A model generated the notes under the pieces. The model did no database searches, had not been told where the DNA came from, and was given only the letters and a program-made list of their open reading frames with translations. Below, one piece after another: positions 28,691-41,756 of a stretch of DNA of 64,000 nt; position 1 is the first letter of the stretch; each line of letters begins with the position of its first letter. The translations under genes were made by a program, and so were the position numbers. Source of the DNA: Lama glama (taxonomy: Eukaryota); assembly GCA_028534125.1 (NCBI GenBank), contig CM052816.1, forward strand, positions 64,234,001-64,298,000, given 5' to 3'.

Positions 28691-30427
28691 GTTCATTTCA
28701 CTAGTTTCAATTAATTGCAACAAGAATAATACAAAACTATGAACAATGCCTCACTCTGCTCACCTACTGTTTTTGGTCTTCCTTTCTCTCCTCCAACACT
28801 CTAAGACCCCGGTGGTTTAACTTTGAGCCCGTTATCAGCCCGAGAAGCCAGGCATGCACTGCACACATGTGAAGATTCTACAAGCTGAAGCCCGAGGTTT
28901 ACTGTACACAGGTGGTCAGGATTCCAGTGAACCACTAGTGTGTACACAATTCTTCCTAAATTCAAACCAACACAGGCTGAAGCTTAATTTACTGTTTTGG
29001 AGAAGAGGGAAGCAAAATTGTTTTGAAATTCTCTGTGAAAAACAGCCTGTTGTATTAGAACAAACAGCAGCTTGTTCCTATCATTCCTTTGTTTGACAAG
29101 TCTGGGCTGGTTAGAAAGGTCATTTATGCCTCAAAGCATCAAATTAACATTTGAAGACATGAATTTTAAAAATGGCTATTTGCTTCTGTTCTGTGAATGG
29201 CTAATGTAGTTCAGAAAAACAGAAAGGAGGAAAATCCACTACAGTCTTAGCCAAGTACCAAAAAAGACTAAAAAACAATAACAAAAACAGAAAAGGGAAA
29301 CACAAAACTTTCCTAAGGCAAACTGAACACTGATTTTATGTCCATGTTAACACATGCTGACTATAGCTTAATTAAGCCTCATTCTTTAACAGAATAATTA
29401 AGAAGGTAGCTGAAATTGCCAAACTTTAAAGCAATATGGGGGAAAAAACCCCACTAACTGGCAAATTACAAGGTTCTTCCCTCTCATCCATAACTCTTCT
29501 GTCCAAACATCAGCAATGACTGTACAGAATAAACTCCCAATTTATTCACTACTGTCTTTTCAAGCACAACATCTTTTACTTAAGTTCCTATATTATCTTC
29601 TCAACACAAGTCTATGTCACTATATATTTGAAATATAAGCCATCATTACTAACTACAACCTTCAACTATATAAGTATTCACTCAAGATCAAAAAACACTT
29701 TGGTTTCATTGGAAAGATCAAGGGATGAAAAGTATGAAATTCACTGTACAGTCTTACAAAAGTGGTTCATTTTCATTACAGCTTGCTTTCTACAGATGTA
29801 TACTGGGAATACTACAAACCAGCTTCTATAATATTATGGGAAATACAGGACTTAATATAATATTTAAAGTTAATATGTAATTTAATGAGATAATAAAGAC
29901 ACTATGGGAAATAAAATTTGAGAATATTACTAATTTCCTGAAATACTACAGAAAATTTTTATAAATTTTTATAAATTTTTTTAAATGAGGAAAATTATAA
30001 AACATAACTACAATTCAAAATAATCTTTAAAATGCAAAATTCTTTTAAAATAATTATTTCATATTCTATGATGTTATGAAGTTAGTTCATATAACCATGT
30101 CTCAATGATGCTGCTTCCTCAAGCCACTTCCCACCTCTCCTCTTCTCACTGCTTAACCCCTTGCAACCTGGCTTCCATTCCAAGCATTCCAGGGTCAAAA
30201 TTTTCTTGGGAGTAATTAACGATCTCATAAATGCACAGCACAAAGGACTCCTCTCAGGCTTCTTTCTCCTTGAGCTCTCTACAACATCAGACACTACTCT
30301 GTAAAAACCCTTTCACTTAGCTTCTGCAATACTGCATTGGCATGATTCTCCCCCAATCTCTCAAAACACCTTTTTCTCAATACCATTCACTTTTCATGGA
30401 TCTAAATGATCCTAAATCTGAGTGCCC

Positions 30428-30525
30428 TTCATGCGGATTGGCCCCAATGCACAAATCCTGGGGGTGCCACTCACACAAATGACAGTATGACTGGTGCCTA
30501 CTAGAGTTCAGCAGTGACTCTGTCC
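30428..30525. mobile_element. MER91-like palindromic hAT-Tip100 MITE
   Basis: Degenerate inverted repeat 'tgcacaaatcctgggggtgccactcaca ... tatgactggtgcctactagagttcagca' matches the recalled MER91 pattern. Confidence 0.6.
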
Positions 30526-30609
30526 TCGGACTGTCATCAGGCCTTTCTTACCACAGAGTAAGCCTTCTTCTTCTTGGACAACAGCATCCATTGCCTCACC
30601 TTCCACAAA

Positions 30610-30636
30610 ACACACACACACACACACACACACACA
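30610..30636. repeat. (CA)n microsatellite, about 13 units
   Basis: Direct reading. Confidence 0.95.
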
Positions 30637-32329
30637 GCTCCCAAGTCTGTATCTTCATCTTGGTTTTCTTCTGAAGACCAGTCCTCCTGCTCAGGTGTTT
30701 GCTAGCTATCTCCATGTGGACAATACATATTTACATCCACCGGTACCTCACTCAACTTATCTCCTGTCAAAACCAGCACCACACTTCCCGGTCACATCAG
30801 ACTCCTTCATCGTCCTCATCTTGGCCACAGTAGATCTTGGCAAGGCGTTTCTCTACATTCTCTGTCCTATCCATTGCCTCACCTTAATTCCCAGTGCCCT
30901 TTCTCTAAACCAGTCTCCACTTCTCACCTTAACAGATGAGCCCCTCGCCTCTACCACCTCGCCACTCCACTCTAGACTGCCATTAAAGCACAGGTAGGAG
31001 CACTGCATTCCCCTATGTTAAGACTCACATTCTATGTGAAATCAGAATTGTGACTATATTCTGTAGGAAAATTGAGGGCCTGGGGATTGTGGCCCTACCT
31101 GTCTTCCACTCTCCTTCCTTTTACATTCTCCACCTCAAGTTTTACAGCCCACATTTTATAAATGTTGTCATTGTCTATAATAAACCCAGAAAACTCAAAT
31201 ATTCTTTAATTAATTGCCCATATAAAGAATTATTATAACATATTTATATGAAACAGGTCAGTTCTGATGTGTATTAATTAGCCATGTCAGTGTACACATT
31301 TCCAATTAAAACCAGCTGATTAGTTCAACTGTTTATTTCTAGGTTTACTTCTTAAAATAAATTTCATTTAAAAAAGCAAGAGAGTCATGCCACTTGACTA
31401 AGGCAAGAAGCACATCATCAGTCTTTCTGTGACGAACCCCAACCCCCGGCATGAGCAGTGGTTCATACAAACTAAGCACTTAATAAAGGTCTCAGAATCT
31501 GAACCCTAAAGCAGTGGCAACACTTGACTGTCCCTCTCACAAACAGGGGTTGCCTTTAACTGACATTTCCCAGCCATCTCAAAACATAAAATGATAAAGA
31601 TGTAAGAAATGAAGTGCCTTCTTCTCTGAACTACTGAGAATTAGTTTTATCACAGTAGCTAGGGGCCTGTAGTAAGTCATTCACAGCTGACTCTTCCTCA
31701 TGAACACAGTCAGCCAAAGTGAGAGGCACAGGCCAGTCTTTAAAAAGCATGGAGCTATCCTGAAGGCAAATAGGAGAGGTCCATGACTGAGAGCATATCG
31801 GAAAGGGAAAAAAAAAAAGATTTAAGCAAAAAACCTGTAAGCCAAAGCAACAGAGGTTACAATATGAAGGTACCTAATGAAATAGGACCATGTTCTCCAT
31901 CCCTTCAAATATTTCTGACATCCCTGTAATTTTGAAAAATAAAGTAGCCTAAAGAGAACCACTAAAATAGCTTTTAAAACTTGGAAAAATGACTACAGCA
32001 CGAACTGCAGTAAGCAGAATCAAACCAGGCTAAGAACTTAAGTTCACAGTAGCATTCATGCCTGTGCCTTACTCCTTTCTGCAAGAAATATGTGACATTT
32101 TAATAGCTGAGTCAGAACAAATGTCTTTTAAAAGATTAAGAAAGTTCTATGTAAATTAGAGCTCCCTTAATATACTGCCCATTATAGCTGTAAAGTCTCC
32201 ACTGATAATATTAAAACAAACAGGCTCATACCTAACCCATCCAGGAGCCATCATCCAGGTACACAGAAACTAAGGAAGCCATCCATCTTCAGTAGCTGGA
32301 AAAGGAATTCTCAATATGGCCGAAGTGGT

Positions 32330-33412
32330 ATGGACAATAAATTTCCAGTTTTACGAACCGAGTCAGAAAGAATCACAGTAAATATAAAAAGTTTAACAAT
32401 TTAAGATAAGAATTCTATAAAAATAGTTGATTACTATTAGAAAAGAAACGCATACCTTGGAATACATATAAACATCAAACTTAAAAAATATAGACAGTTT
32501 AAATATTTTGCAACCACTGCAGTAAAGATTAGTTCAAGCATGAATCATTAAGGGATGCCAACTCTAGGAAGAGATTTTAATGAGGAGCAGGATATTTTCT
32601 TGGTCTTAAAGTAACTCCTCACAGATCTCTTACTAGTTCCAAGGGTGAAAATAATAACCATATAGTGAAGAAACTGGAAAACACTTTGACCAAATAATGA
32701 TTACAATTAATACTACCCATGAGGGGCAGATGGGTTTCTTGTGCTTCCAGAGTGACACTCTGAGAAGGACCATATTACTTATGTAGCATTTGGGCTGGGA
32801 ATACATAGCCTGAATCTAATCATGAGAAAACAGGAGAAAAATCCTATATAAGGAATGTTTCATAAGAAAAAGGGGGAGACTCTATTCTTTAAAAATGTCA
32901 ATTATCACAAAAGTAAAGTCTTTGGAAATATTCCATATTAAAGGAGGCTAAAGAGACAAGAGAACTAAATGCAATACCTGACCCAGACTGGATCCCATTA
33001 CTGAAGGAAGAAAAAAAAGTCCTATAAAGAATACTATTAGATCAAGTGACAAAATTGGAATATGGACAGTAAATTAGTTAAGTTTTTATAAGTGTCAAAT
33101 TTGCAGAAGATGACAACTGTAGTGTATCTGCTAGGGCTTTGTAAGACAATGTCCTCATGGAACTCACTCCCATGTGGCTCAGAAAAAATTACTGTGTGTG
33201 GGAGAGGGGTGGGGGTAAGGAGATAGAGAGGAGAGGAAGGAGGAAGGAGGAGAGAAAGCAAGACAAAAGCACTCAAATGATAAAGCAAACTGGCTAAAAT
33301 GTTAACAAGTGAATAGAGGCAAAAAGTTTACAGATATTCTCTAATTATTATTATGTGTATAATTTTTTCTGTAAGTTTGAAATTATCAAATTAAAAAAAT
33401 TTAATATAAAAA
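32330..33412 (+). mobile_element. Old L1MC4a/L1MC5-like LINE 3' UTR
   Basis: 'tgaggagcaggatatttt', 'atagcctgaatctaatcatgagaaaaca', 'aactaaatgcaatacctgacccagactggatcc' and 'ttttctgtaagtttgaaattatcaaattaaaa'. Confidence 0.8.
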
Positions 33413-33674
33413 GTTTATATGCATCACTCCAGTACTCTGCCGCTTAGTTTGGTAAATATAGTGTTTGTATTTATATAGCATTGTGAAAACCAGACTTCAT
33501 CATATTATCATCTTAACAACCTTACACATTACACAATGACCTGAGCAGCCTTACTGTGTCACAGAAGGTACCTGTGCCAAAGGTTTTAAAAGCAGCCTCC
33601 ACATTTCCATAGCTAAATGTAAAAGAGCAGATCCTACAAGGCATAAACATATAATAACAAAATAGAAAGAAAGA

Positions 33675-34150
33675 AGAGCTATTCTGTTCACATCACCCCA
33701 CTGTTTAAAACCCCTAGTTATATGCTTATCTTACTGGACAGAATGTAAAGTTCAGGCTCCCTAGCTTGATACACAAAACCTTTCAAAATCTGAGGAAGTT
33801 TACCTCTTCCACTTTACTATCTACTGCCACCACACCCTTAACATTCCAGCCATGCTGATTATAAGCTTTGTGCCTTTGCACATGCTGTTCCCTCTCCTGG
33901 AATGGCCTTCTCTTTCTGGTGAGCCCTTCCTCAAGCTTCCTGATTAAGCTTAATGCCACTGCGTCTGTGAACCCTTTCCTGACTCTCCCAACAAAAGTTA
34001 TGTCCCTACTCCTGGGATGTATGAGTATGTCTCTCTTTCCCTGAGTTTCTCCATAATTAGAACATGAGGTCTCTTGGAGCAGGGATTGTGGTCTAGAACT
34101 GCAGTGTCTTCCAAGCACAGTGCTCCATGAACGCTGACTAGATGACTAAA
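33675..34150 (+). mobile_element. L2 LINE 3' part
   Basis: 'tgtgcctttgcacatgctgttccctctcctggaatggcct...cccttcctcaagcttc...tctgtgaaccctttcctgact'. Confidence 0.85.
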
Positions 34151-34184
34151 TTAACTTTTCTAACTAGAACAGGTCCAACAGTAA

Positions 34185-34570
34185 AGAAGAGCTAACACTT
34201 GGAATGCTTATTTTGTATCAGACACTACAAGTATACATGCTTTGAAAATATCAATTACCCTCATAACAACCCTAACAGGTAGGTTTTTCCTCTATTTTAA
34301 CTCTCTGAAACTGAGATACATCAACGGTACAACGGATTATAGTTAAGTATACAGGATATTTTCTATTAGTGGTAAAGCAATGGTCCTTCTTATAATCAAT
34401 GGTCTTAGTTTTGATAAAATGATATTATTCCCAGATATTCCCTAATATTTACAGACCAGAAAACTGAGGCACCGAAGAGAACTTAATTAACTTGCTGAAA
34501 GCTGCACAGAACAAGATTCAATCCCAGGCAGACTGACTCCAGGATCCGCATTCATAATCCACTTCTCCCC
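34185..34570 (-). mobile_element. MIR SINE split by a MER104-like insertion
   Basis: Left part 'agctaacacttggaatgcttattttgtatcagacact...cctcataacaaccct..aggtagg'; right part 'tttacagaccagaaaactgaggcacc...aacttgctgaaagctgcacag..gattcaatcccaggcagactgactccag'. Confidence 0.75.
34293..34425. mobile_element. MER104-like TcMar-Tc2 MITE
   Basis: 'attttaactctctgaaactgagatacatc...ttagtggta...aatggtccttcttataatcaatggtcttagttttgataaaat' follows the recalled MER104 consensus. Confidence 0.6.
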
Positions 34571-34879
34571 AACAAGAATGATCCCAAGCATGGATAGGCT
34601 ATTGGCACCAGAGCTGGAACAAATCTAAAAGGGAGGTTTTCTCTTTGACGTTACCATGACCCTGGGAAATGACCAGGATGAAGCTCAAGATTAAAGGTAA
34701 TGAATTAAAACGGATCTTGAAGTGCCTGAGGAGAGAGCCAAGAGTCCTTGTCAGCATCTGTTCTCTCTGAGGGAGGCCTGGGTCTGAGTCCTGGTTCCTT
34801 CTCTATGCCCTACCTCAGGAGACATTCTCCACATGTTTATGTTCTCCCTTAGGTTTGTCCTGAAGTTCCCAATAAATAT

Positions 34880-35150
34880 GATCATAATTCTCTCAGAGCT
34901 AGTAATTACCAAAAATGACCTAATCAAACCCTCTGCCTTATATCTTAATCCCTGTAACATCATCTCCGGTAAGCAGTTATCTAGCCTCAGCTCAAATACT
35001 TAAGCAGTTCCTTTTATTTTTAGAAAGATGGAAAAAGATACTCCTTACATTAAAGTTCATCCCCTTCTAATTTCCACTCCCAGTCCTACATCTGCCCTCA
35101 GAACCCGCACAGCTAATTTTAATTTCTCTCCTTCATGACAGTCCTTGTCT
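34880..35150 (-). mobile_element. L3/CR1 fragment
   Basis: 'ccctgtaacatcatctccggtaagcagttatctagcctcagctcaaatact...cttctaatttccactcc.agtcctac.tctgccctc...ccttcatgacagtcctt'. Confidence 0.55.
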
Positions 35151-36299
35151 TTCTTCGAAAACTATAGTCTTGAGATAGCAACTCATAACATCCTGCCTGC
35201 TTCAAAAATTTACTATCACTATAGGTAAGAGAGGCAGAAACAGCTGGCAGTAGTGTAAGTATAAGCAAAGTGCTAAGAAAATACAGAGAAAGGGCAGCTC
35301 ATTTGTGGGGGACAGAGGGTGAGGGGCAAGGAAGGAATAAAGGTTCATAGAGGAGGTGGCCTTGGAGGAGTAAAATGCTGTCAGCCAGTGTCAAAATTCA
35401 GTATTAAACTGACGGGAAAATTCATAACAACAAAAAGCTCAACTTTTAAACATATGAAATGTTTTTGGTTTCTAATATTCTTGCTTTCATTTTATGATTC
35501 TGGGCAGAAGACTCATTGGCTTGTACAATTTGTGCAGAGCTGAATGCATAGATAACCATCCTACTGACAGTGGAATGTAGGGTTGGAATAAACAAAGTGA
35601 AACTTACCATCTGTGTGGTACCAGCTGATTCATAGCAATATCACTTGCTGAAGATTTTACTTCTATTCTTTACTAACAATAAGTTGCTTCAGGTATTTTG
35701 TTTCTATTCATCTAAGGCAAGAAACTAGGACAAATGCAATGTCTATAACTGCTTTTTAATAATCAGCGGCCAAGTCATTCTGGTCTAATGTGCTCCTCCC
35801 CACACACAATCCACCCCACTCCCCAGCAGCCTCTGCTCCACTGCAACTTACAGTGCCCAATACCATACTCTCTCCGTGAGACCAGGAAAAAAAATACACA
35901 CTTTGTTAAAATACTAGAAGCTGCTCTACAGAGAACATTAAAAAACCTTATTATAAATGATCTTTCCTTTCACCTGATGTTAAGTGAGTCACTTACTGGT
36001 CCAGGAGCAAGTGAAATGTCTATAACATTGTTAGAACCTTTAGATACACATCCCATAAGAAGCTGGGGCACTAGTATAATTTTGTAGGTCTTTAACATGA
36101 TCCATAACCTAATCCTATATTGTCATTAGACTATTTGGTGATCTCTAAAGCACTTGTTGGCTTCTTTGTATAGTCTAGTTCTCCATCAATCAGTTCAGTG
36201 TGATATACCTTTGAAGCAAGGATAACAGAATTTAAAGATTACTATTGCAAATTAATACTGCTGGTACATGTAGTTCCTACAGACCATAAAAATACTTGT

Positions 36300-36480
36300 A
36301 TAGACTTTACAGTTTTCTGAGTACTTTCCAATTCACTTGACACAACAATCTTGTGACATATGATCCTCATTTTACAAGTGAAGAAACTGAAGTTTAAAGA
36401 CATCAAAGTCTCTATGGACACTAAGAAGCAGAGCTGGATCTCAATCCAGATCTTCTGACTGCAATTTCCAGGATCTTCCT
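36300..36480 (-). mobile_element. MIR SINE
   Basis: 'cacaacaatcttgtga...cctcattttacaagtgaagaaactgaagtttaaaga...gcagagctggatctcaatccagatcttctgact'. Confidence 0.8.
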
Positions 36481-36662
36481 ATTAATAAAACCATGGTTAC
36501 CTCTAATCCAGCTGCACACCTGACTCTAGCCCCGATCAGCCCATTCTTACAGGTCTTCTTCTGTAATGAATCCAACCAGACAGAAGTAGCTGTATACTAC
36601 CATTGTCCTGAGGGGCTTTCAGACAGGCTTCTAGTGTGCGGATGCAGAATGACAGTCCAGAC

Positions 36663-36860
36663 CAGCGGTGTCTAATAGCACATTCTACAATGATGGAAAT
36701 GTTCTACACATGAGCTGTTTAATACAGTAGCCACTAATCATATATACTTAGAGCACTTGAAATGCGTAACTGACGAACCGAACTTTTGATGTTATTTAAT
36801 TTTAATTAATTTAAATTTAAATGTCACATGTGGTAGTGGCTACCTTAATGGGCGGCACAG
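36663..36860. mobile_element. MER3 hAT-Charlie MITE, near full length
   Basis: 'cagcggtgtctaatagcacattctacaatgatggaaatgttcta...cagtagccacta...gagcacttgaaatg...ttatttaattttaattaatttaaatttaaa..cacatgtggtagtggctacc..gcacag'. Confidence 0.9.
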
Positions 36861-37619
36861 TTAGACCCCTGATGACTGGAAGCAGAACTTAATGTTAACA
36901 TCTTAGTATTGTAGCCTTAAACACAAATGAAAAAGAAAATCAAATAAATAGTGAGGCCAGAGCACAGCACTGGCTCATGTGAACTAGAATGGAGCCAGCA
37001 AAAGTAATACAATCAAAAGATAATTACAGAATAATCTTTCCATCTTTGTAAACTCTCCGGTCAGCCAAATCTATTGAGTGACTGTAGAAGTCCGGGCTGC
37101 TGATGGTATAAACTATGAAGGGCAAGGAACTCAACTCTATGTTATAGGACACAGTGGCTTTCCTGGGAAAAAAGAGCTCATCACTCTATATGGAAACTAA
37201 TCCAACTAAATTATAAACAGGAGCTGATAGATGTGAAAGGCAAGGTGTCTTAGCAAACTAAGCATATTTCTTGAATTACAACACTTCACCCACACAACGA
37301 AGAATTCAAAGGAGTATCTTAAAGGCCATATTCTTGTCTCTGTCCTTACAGTAAGTATCACATCCATATTCCTCCCATCATCCATACTACTTCCTTCTGA
37401 AATATTTGTTTCCGTGTCTTACCCTGTCATTCATTTTGCAAGGTACTAGGAGGTTTCAGTTAAATAGAAGTGATAGACTTGTTTGGCATCAAATCCTTCT
37501 TTGTGTTAAAATTATCGAGATTTTTCAAAATGTGTCATGAACAAAAGCAACTGTTGTTTTCTATTCCTTTAGCTTTATCCATGTTCAAAGCACCTTACCG
37601 GTGCTGATAACAGAAACAA

Positions 37620-37775
37620 ACTGCAAGTCAAGAGCATGGGGCCTTGGTTCTCTCTGACTACTAGATGTTTAGCCCTCTACACACCAACTTAATTTCTCAT
37701 TCCCTTAGTTTTCTCATTTGTAAATTGATATGATGATTAGATCAACCTCTAAACTAACTTCCAGCTGTAAAACTC
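37620..37775 (+). mobile_element. MIR3/MIRc fragment
   Basis: 'aagtcaagag...cttaatttctc..ccttagttttctcatttgtaaat...tagatcaacctctaa..cttccagct'. Confidence 0.65.
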
Positions 37776-40019
37776 CACCATTCAGTGATATCCTCAATGG
37801 TTTTCAGTTGGGTTCAAGGTCATTCTTAGAGCCTCCATTTAAGAAAATCACATATTTGGCTTATGCCATAGCAAAAACTGTGATACGTACAATCCACTTG
37901 AAAATTTTACAGATCAACAATCCACCCATTTTCCAAAATTCTGAGTATACCAATTCTTTAAGAATAGAAAAAGACATTCATTTCTAATATTTCTAGTATT
38001 TCAAAACACAAATCCTTCCTAATTGTGCATATTATAAAGTACACTTTTAAGAAGTAAGGATATACTCACTTACACTGTTAACAACCTGGAACATTAGGAA
38101 AAAGGCACATGCTAATATGCACCTTTTTGGATTAGCTTTGGTTTTCACTTATCTTTCAAACTCTACTCACACATTGAAGTCACAGTCTCTCAGACAGTCC
38201 TTCCAGCTCCTGTGTTCTACAGTTCTGAATCTGTTTCCTCTAACAGTATCTGAAAAAGATATTCATAAGAAAAGAACAAACAGCTTTTCTACCTATGTGA
38301 AGGCTTCACTGGGAACTTGGATTTATTTATACTCAAAAAAATCCACTTTTAAAACCGAACTTGAATAATTTCAGTTGGCGTTTAGTTGGCACATTTGAGT
38401 AATTTTAGTTTAGAAATCTTCTTAACCTGTTTAATGTAGATAATATGTACTGAGGTAGGACACTCTAGCAGAGACAAGAAATGAGTGCCTTGTGAACTGA
38501 ATCTTTTCCATTCCTACAACTGTGTTCCATCCTAATTTCACCTAATCCACAGGCCCGATGCTAACAAAGGTAAGGATCCTGACTCCTTCTGTCCATCCTT
38601 CTCATTCATTCTCTTCACACCTGCTCGCTTCCCTCAGCTTCTGTTCTTTCACATGGGCTTTGTGTTTTTCTAGTCTTAGTAACTTACCTTTGACGACCTA
38701 TCATTTCAATTAATTCTATCTTGCGATGCAAGGGTGACAGCAGGCTAGTGCTAGTGGGCTAAGTGACGCCAAAGAAGATAGCACAGCTCAACTGTCAGAG
38801 ATGGACCTAAAGGGAACAAATCTTTGACACAGTCTCTTTGGCATGAGGTCCTAATCACCTGGCTAAAAGGCTACCTGCTGGTCACTCATCACTTCTGAGA
38901 GAGTCAAGAAACAGGATGCTATCACACCTCCAGGAGGAGATCAGACGTGTATGAGGTATATAATCAGCTAGGAGAAAGTTCAAAAGCAGCATGATAATCA
39001 GAGGCTGAGGCTCCTGGAAATTACTGCTGGATTATCTAAAATTCTTAAAAATTTCAAGAAGTCTCACAGTTCCTGGGGGGGGTGGGGGATGAAGCTATAC
39101 GAAGAAAAGTTTCACTGACAGGGAAATCCCAAGGGTAACCAGAGGTGATTCATCTTCAGGGGGCCACCATGAGGTATCAGCAGGTAGAACAGCAAGCACT
39201 GTGAGAACCAAGCCTTTCCGCTTCCTTTCTCTCTACTCCTTCCCAGCATTTGGACTCACTGAGCAGCAAAGGAATGCCTTTTGTTCTATAAGCTCATGTG
39301 CAGAGAGCTTACTTCCATTTGTCCTTTTGTTCCCAGTGATTCCTAGGAACTGCATTCTTCCTCTACCCAATCCATACATAAGAAGGTTAGACATAGATTA
39401 TGATCTGTGCTTTTGGTTTTACAGTAAAATCAGACTGCTGGTATTCCAAGCCCTGATAAGCTTATCTTGAATAACTTAAGATCCCATTACCTTTCATTGG
39501 TAAATTTTTTATGAAGGCTTTTGCCCTTAAAGTTCTCAGTTGTTTAAAACAAATCAAAAAAAAAAGGAAGAAAAAAGAAAATTCTTTCTGGGGTAGAATG
39601 TAGCAAATACGTTAACTGACTCGAGCTCATCCAGCAACACATACTGAAAGATGGCTTTTAGGTGACTAGAGATGCTATCTCCTAACTGTGACATCTACGA
39701 GTTGTAGAGAAATGGGGCCCAGAAACTTTATGCGGCCAATCCCAGTTCTCACTTCATATCCATCCCAACATACAAAGATATTATTATATAGGAATCAGTA
39801 AGTAGTTCTATCTTAAGTAGTTCTGTGCCATACATTTAAATAACACTTTTTATAACATTCAAAATACCTCTAAACTAACTTAAAGACTTCATACATTTCA
39901 GCTTCTAAACTAACAAGCAAAAGCCTATTTGAGCTCCACCACATTAACTTCTCTGTTTACCACATTACTCCAGAAAAGCCTGCAGAAACACAGAAAGTTA
40001 GTTCTGTGTTCCAGCCATA

Positions 40020-40235
40020 GAGAACAGCGAATGAGAGAATGGGCTTTGGAGCCAGTCAAACCTGAGTTCAAGTCCCAACTCTGGGATTTGTTAGCAGCTC
40101 TACATCCTTGAGCTCCCGATTTCCTATAAAATGAGGATTCAAACACCATCTATTTTACAGCCTCCTTTGAGGATTAAGGTTTGAATAAAATAACGCAGAG
40201 AAAGGGATTAGCATAGTGCAAAGAACAGAGTACAA
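40020..40235 (+). mobile_element. MIR SINE
   Basis: 'gaatgggctttggagccagtcaaacctgagttcaagtcccaactctg...ttcctataaaatgagga...tgaggattaa'. Confidence 0.85.
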
Positions 40236-41109
40236 TTTTTGTTGTAGTTTCTGTTACTTCTGTCTCTATTACTAGAAGTCTTGGTTCTGTTATCCTGTGA
40301 CGCTATTTGCCATACCCCCACCTTCAAGAAAGTCTTCTCTTGGACTAAACCCAGCATTTCCAATCCAATCTAGTCTATATAATCAGGTATCTCACCTACT
40401 TAGAGAAAAGTGCCAAATGAAGCATTATTTGCTCTGTTTCACAGTCACAAATATTATTAAGTGGCTCTATCATAAATGTGCAACTAGTTTTAAGGAGAAT
40501 CACATGAGAAAGTCTGGACATATCAGCCAGAAAAACAAGTCAAGGGCAGTTCCTACTATGCATAAGTTAATTGCATCATCTGCAGAAATGAAAAATAGCA
40601 CCATAAACCACCAACTTTCCAACCTTCTATCTAGTACAGGAATGTACTGAGACTGGAACAATGTCCTGATTTTAACTAACACTATTCCAATAATAAACCT
40701 ATATACTACTTTCAATTTTCATAAACTAGTCAACTGACAGATCTCTATACTTGTTATTTTTAATTTCTATTGTAGTATGTCTTTCTTTAAGCCATCCAAA
40801 ACTCTTTAGGGAAAAAGAATATAAAAATAAGCAAAGAAATTTTAAAAATCAATTAATCAAAAGAGGTAGAGTATTCACTCCTCTGAAACAAACACAGCCT
40901 TATTTTATATACCTCCCAATCATATTTAATGAGCACAGCAGAGTTCCTTCATGCTGAGTTCTTCAGTTTGGGGGTTGTCTGTTGTATAACTACTGTAAGG
41001 CATCTCCTCTTTCACAGAGGAAACAGAAGTCTCCCACTGTTAAATAATTCGGTCTGAGTTAATAAGATACTCAACAAATAAAAGTTAAAATCCTGTATCT
41101 TCAAATGTT

Positions 41110-41756
41110 AAAAGCACAGCTAATCATATAGAGCAAAAGAAAAAAGGATCTCAGCCACTCTACCCACCTGACCTCCCTGATGAAGAGCGCAAACTTAGAT
41201 GCAAATCCAAATTCGATTCTTTCCTCGTCTTCACCCACCACACCTAATTTCATCACTAAACACTGCTCTTCATTTCCACTGCCCCACACTAGTCCAAGCT
41301 AATATTGGCTGAACTACTGCAACCACCCTCTTCACTGGAAGCTTTCTTCCATGCTTGCCCTTACCAACCTATTCTCCACACAGCAATAGGAGGGTGGCCG
41401 CCTACCGGACTCAGGATAAAAGCCAATTCCTTACAATTGTCTAGAAACACTTTACAGGATCTTGCCCTGCCCAATTCTCCTACCCCATCAGGCATCACTC
41501 TCCCCTCACTTTCCTCTAGTTCACCACCCATGTCGGGTTCCTTTCAATTCCTTGTATATATCAGTTCCTTCTCCCCTCAGGAAATTCTGTCAGATAAAAT
41601 TTATGATCTCTAATTTCCATTAGAATGCAAGCTAATGCTAATTTCCATTAGATTGTGAGAGAACTGATTTTATTCAGCAATATGTACCTAGCACCTTACA
41701 TAGTCTGGCACACAGTAGGCGTTCAAAAAATATCTGAGAAAAGAATGAATGAATGG
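41110..41756 (+). mobile_element. L2 LINE 3' part
   Basis: 'ctattctccacacagcaa', 'ctcaggataaaagccaattcctta' and terminus 'cctagcaccttacatagtctggcacacagtaggcgttcaaaaaatatctg..aagaatgaatgaatg'. Confidence 0.85.

Larger units (their letters stand above)
30095..31060 (+). mobile_element. L2 LINE internal fragment, interrupted by a MITE and a CA repeat
   Basis: 'cttaaccccttgcaacctggcttccattcc...cttgagctctctacaacatcagacact' and 'ctcccaagtctgtatcttc...tatctccatgtgga' form a pyrimidine-rich L2 body. Confidence 0.7.

Noticed and set aside
30428..30525. Imperfect hairpin as a pre-miRNA
   Set aside because: Explained by a decayed MER91-like palindromic MITE, and the stem has many mismatches.
33199..33256. 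G/purine-rich tract as a G-quadruplex element
   Set aside because: Low-complexity part of the L1MC 3' UTR with only three clear GGG runs.
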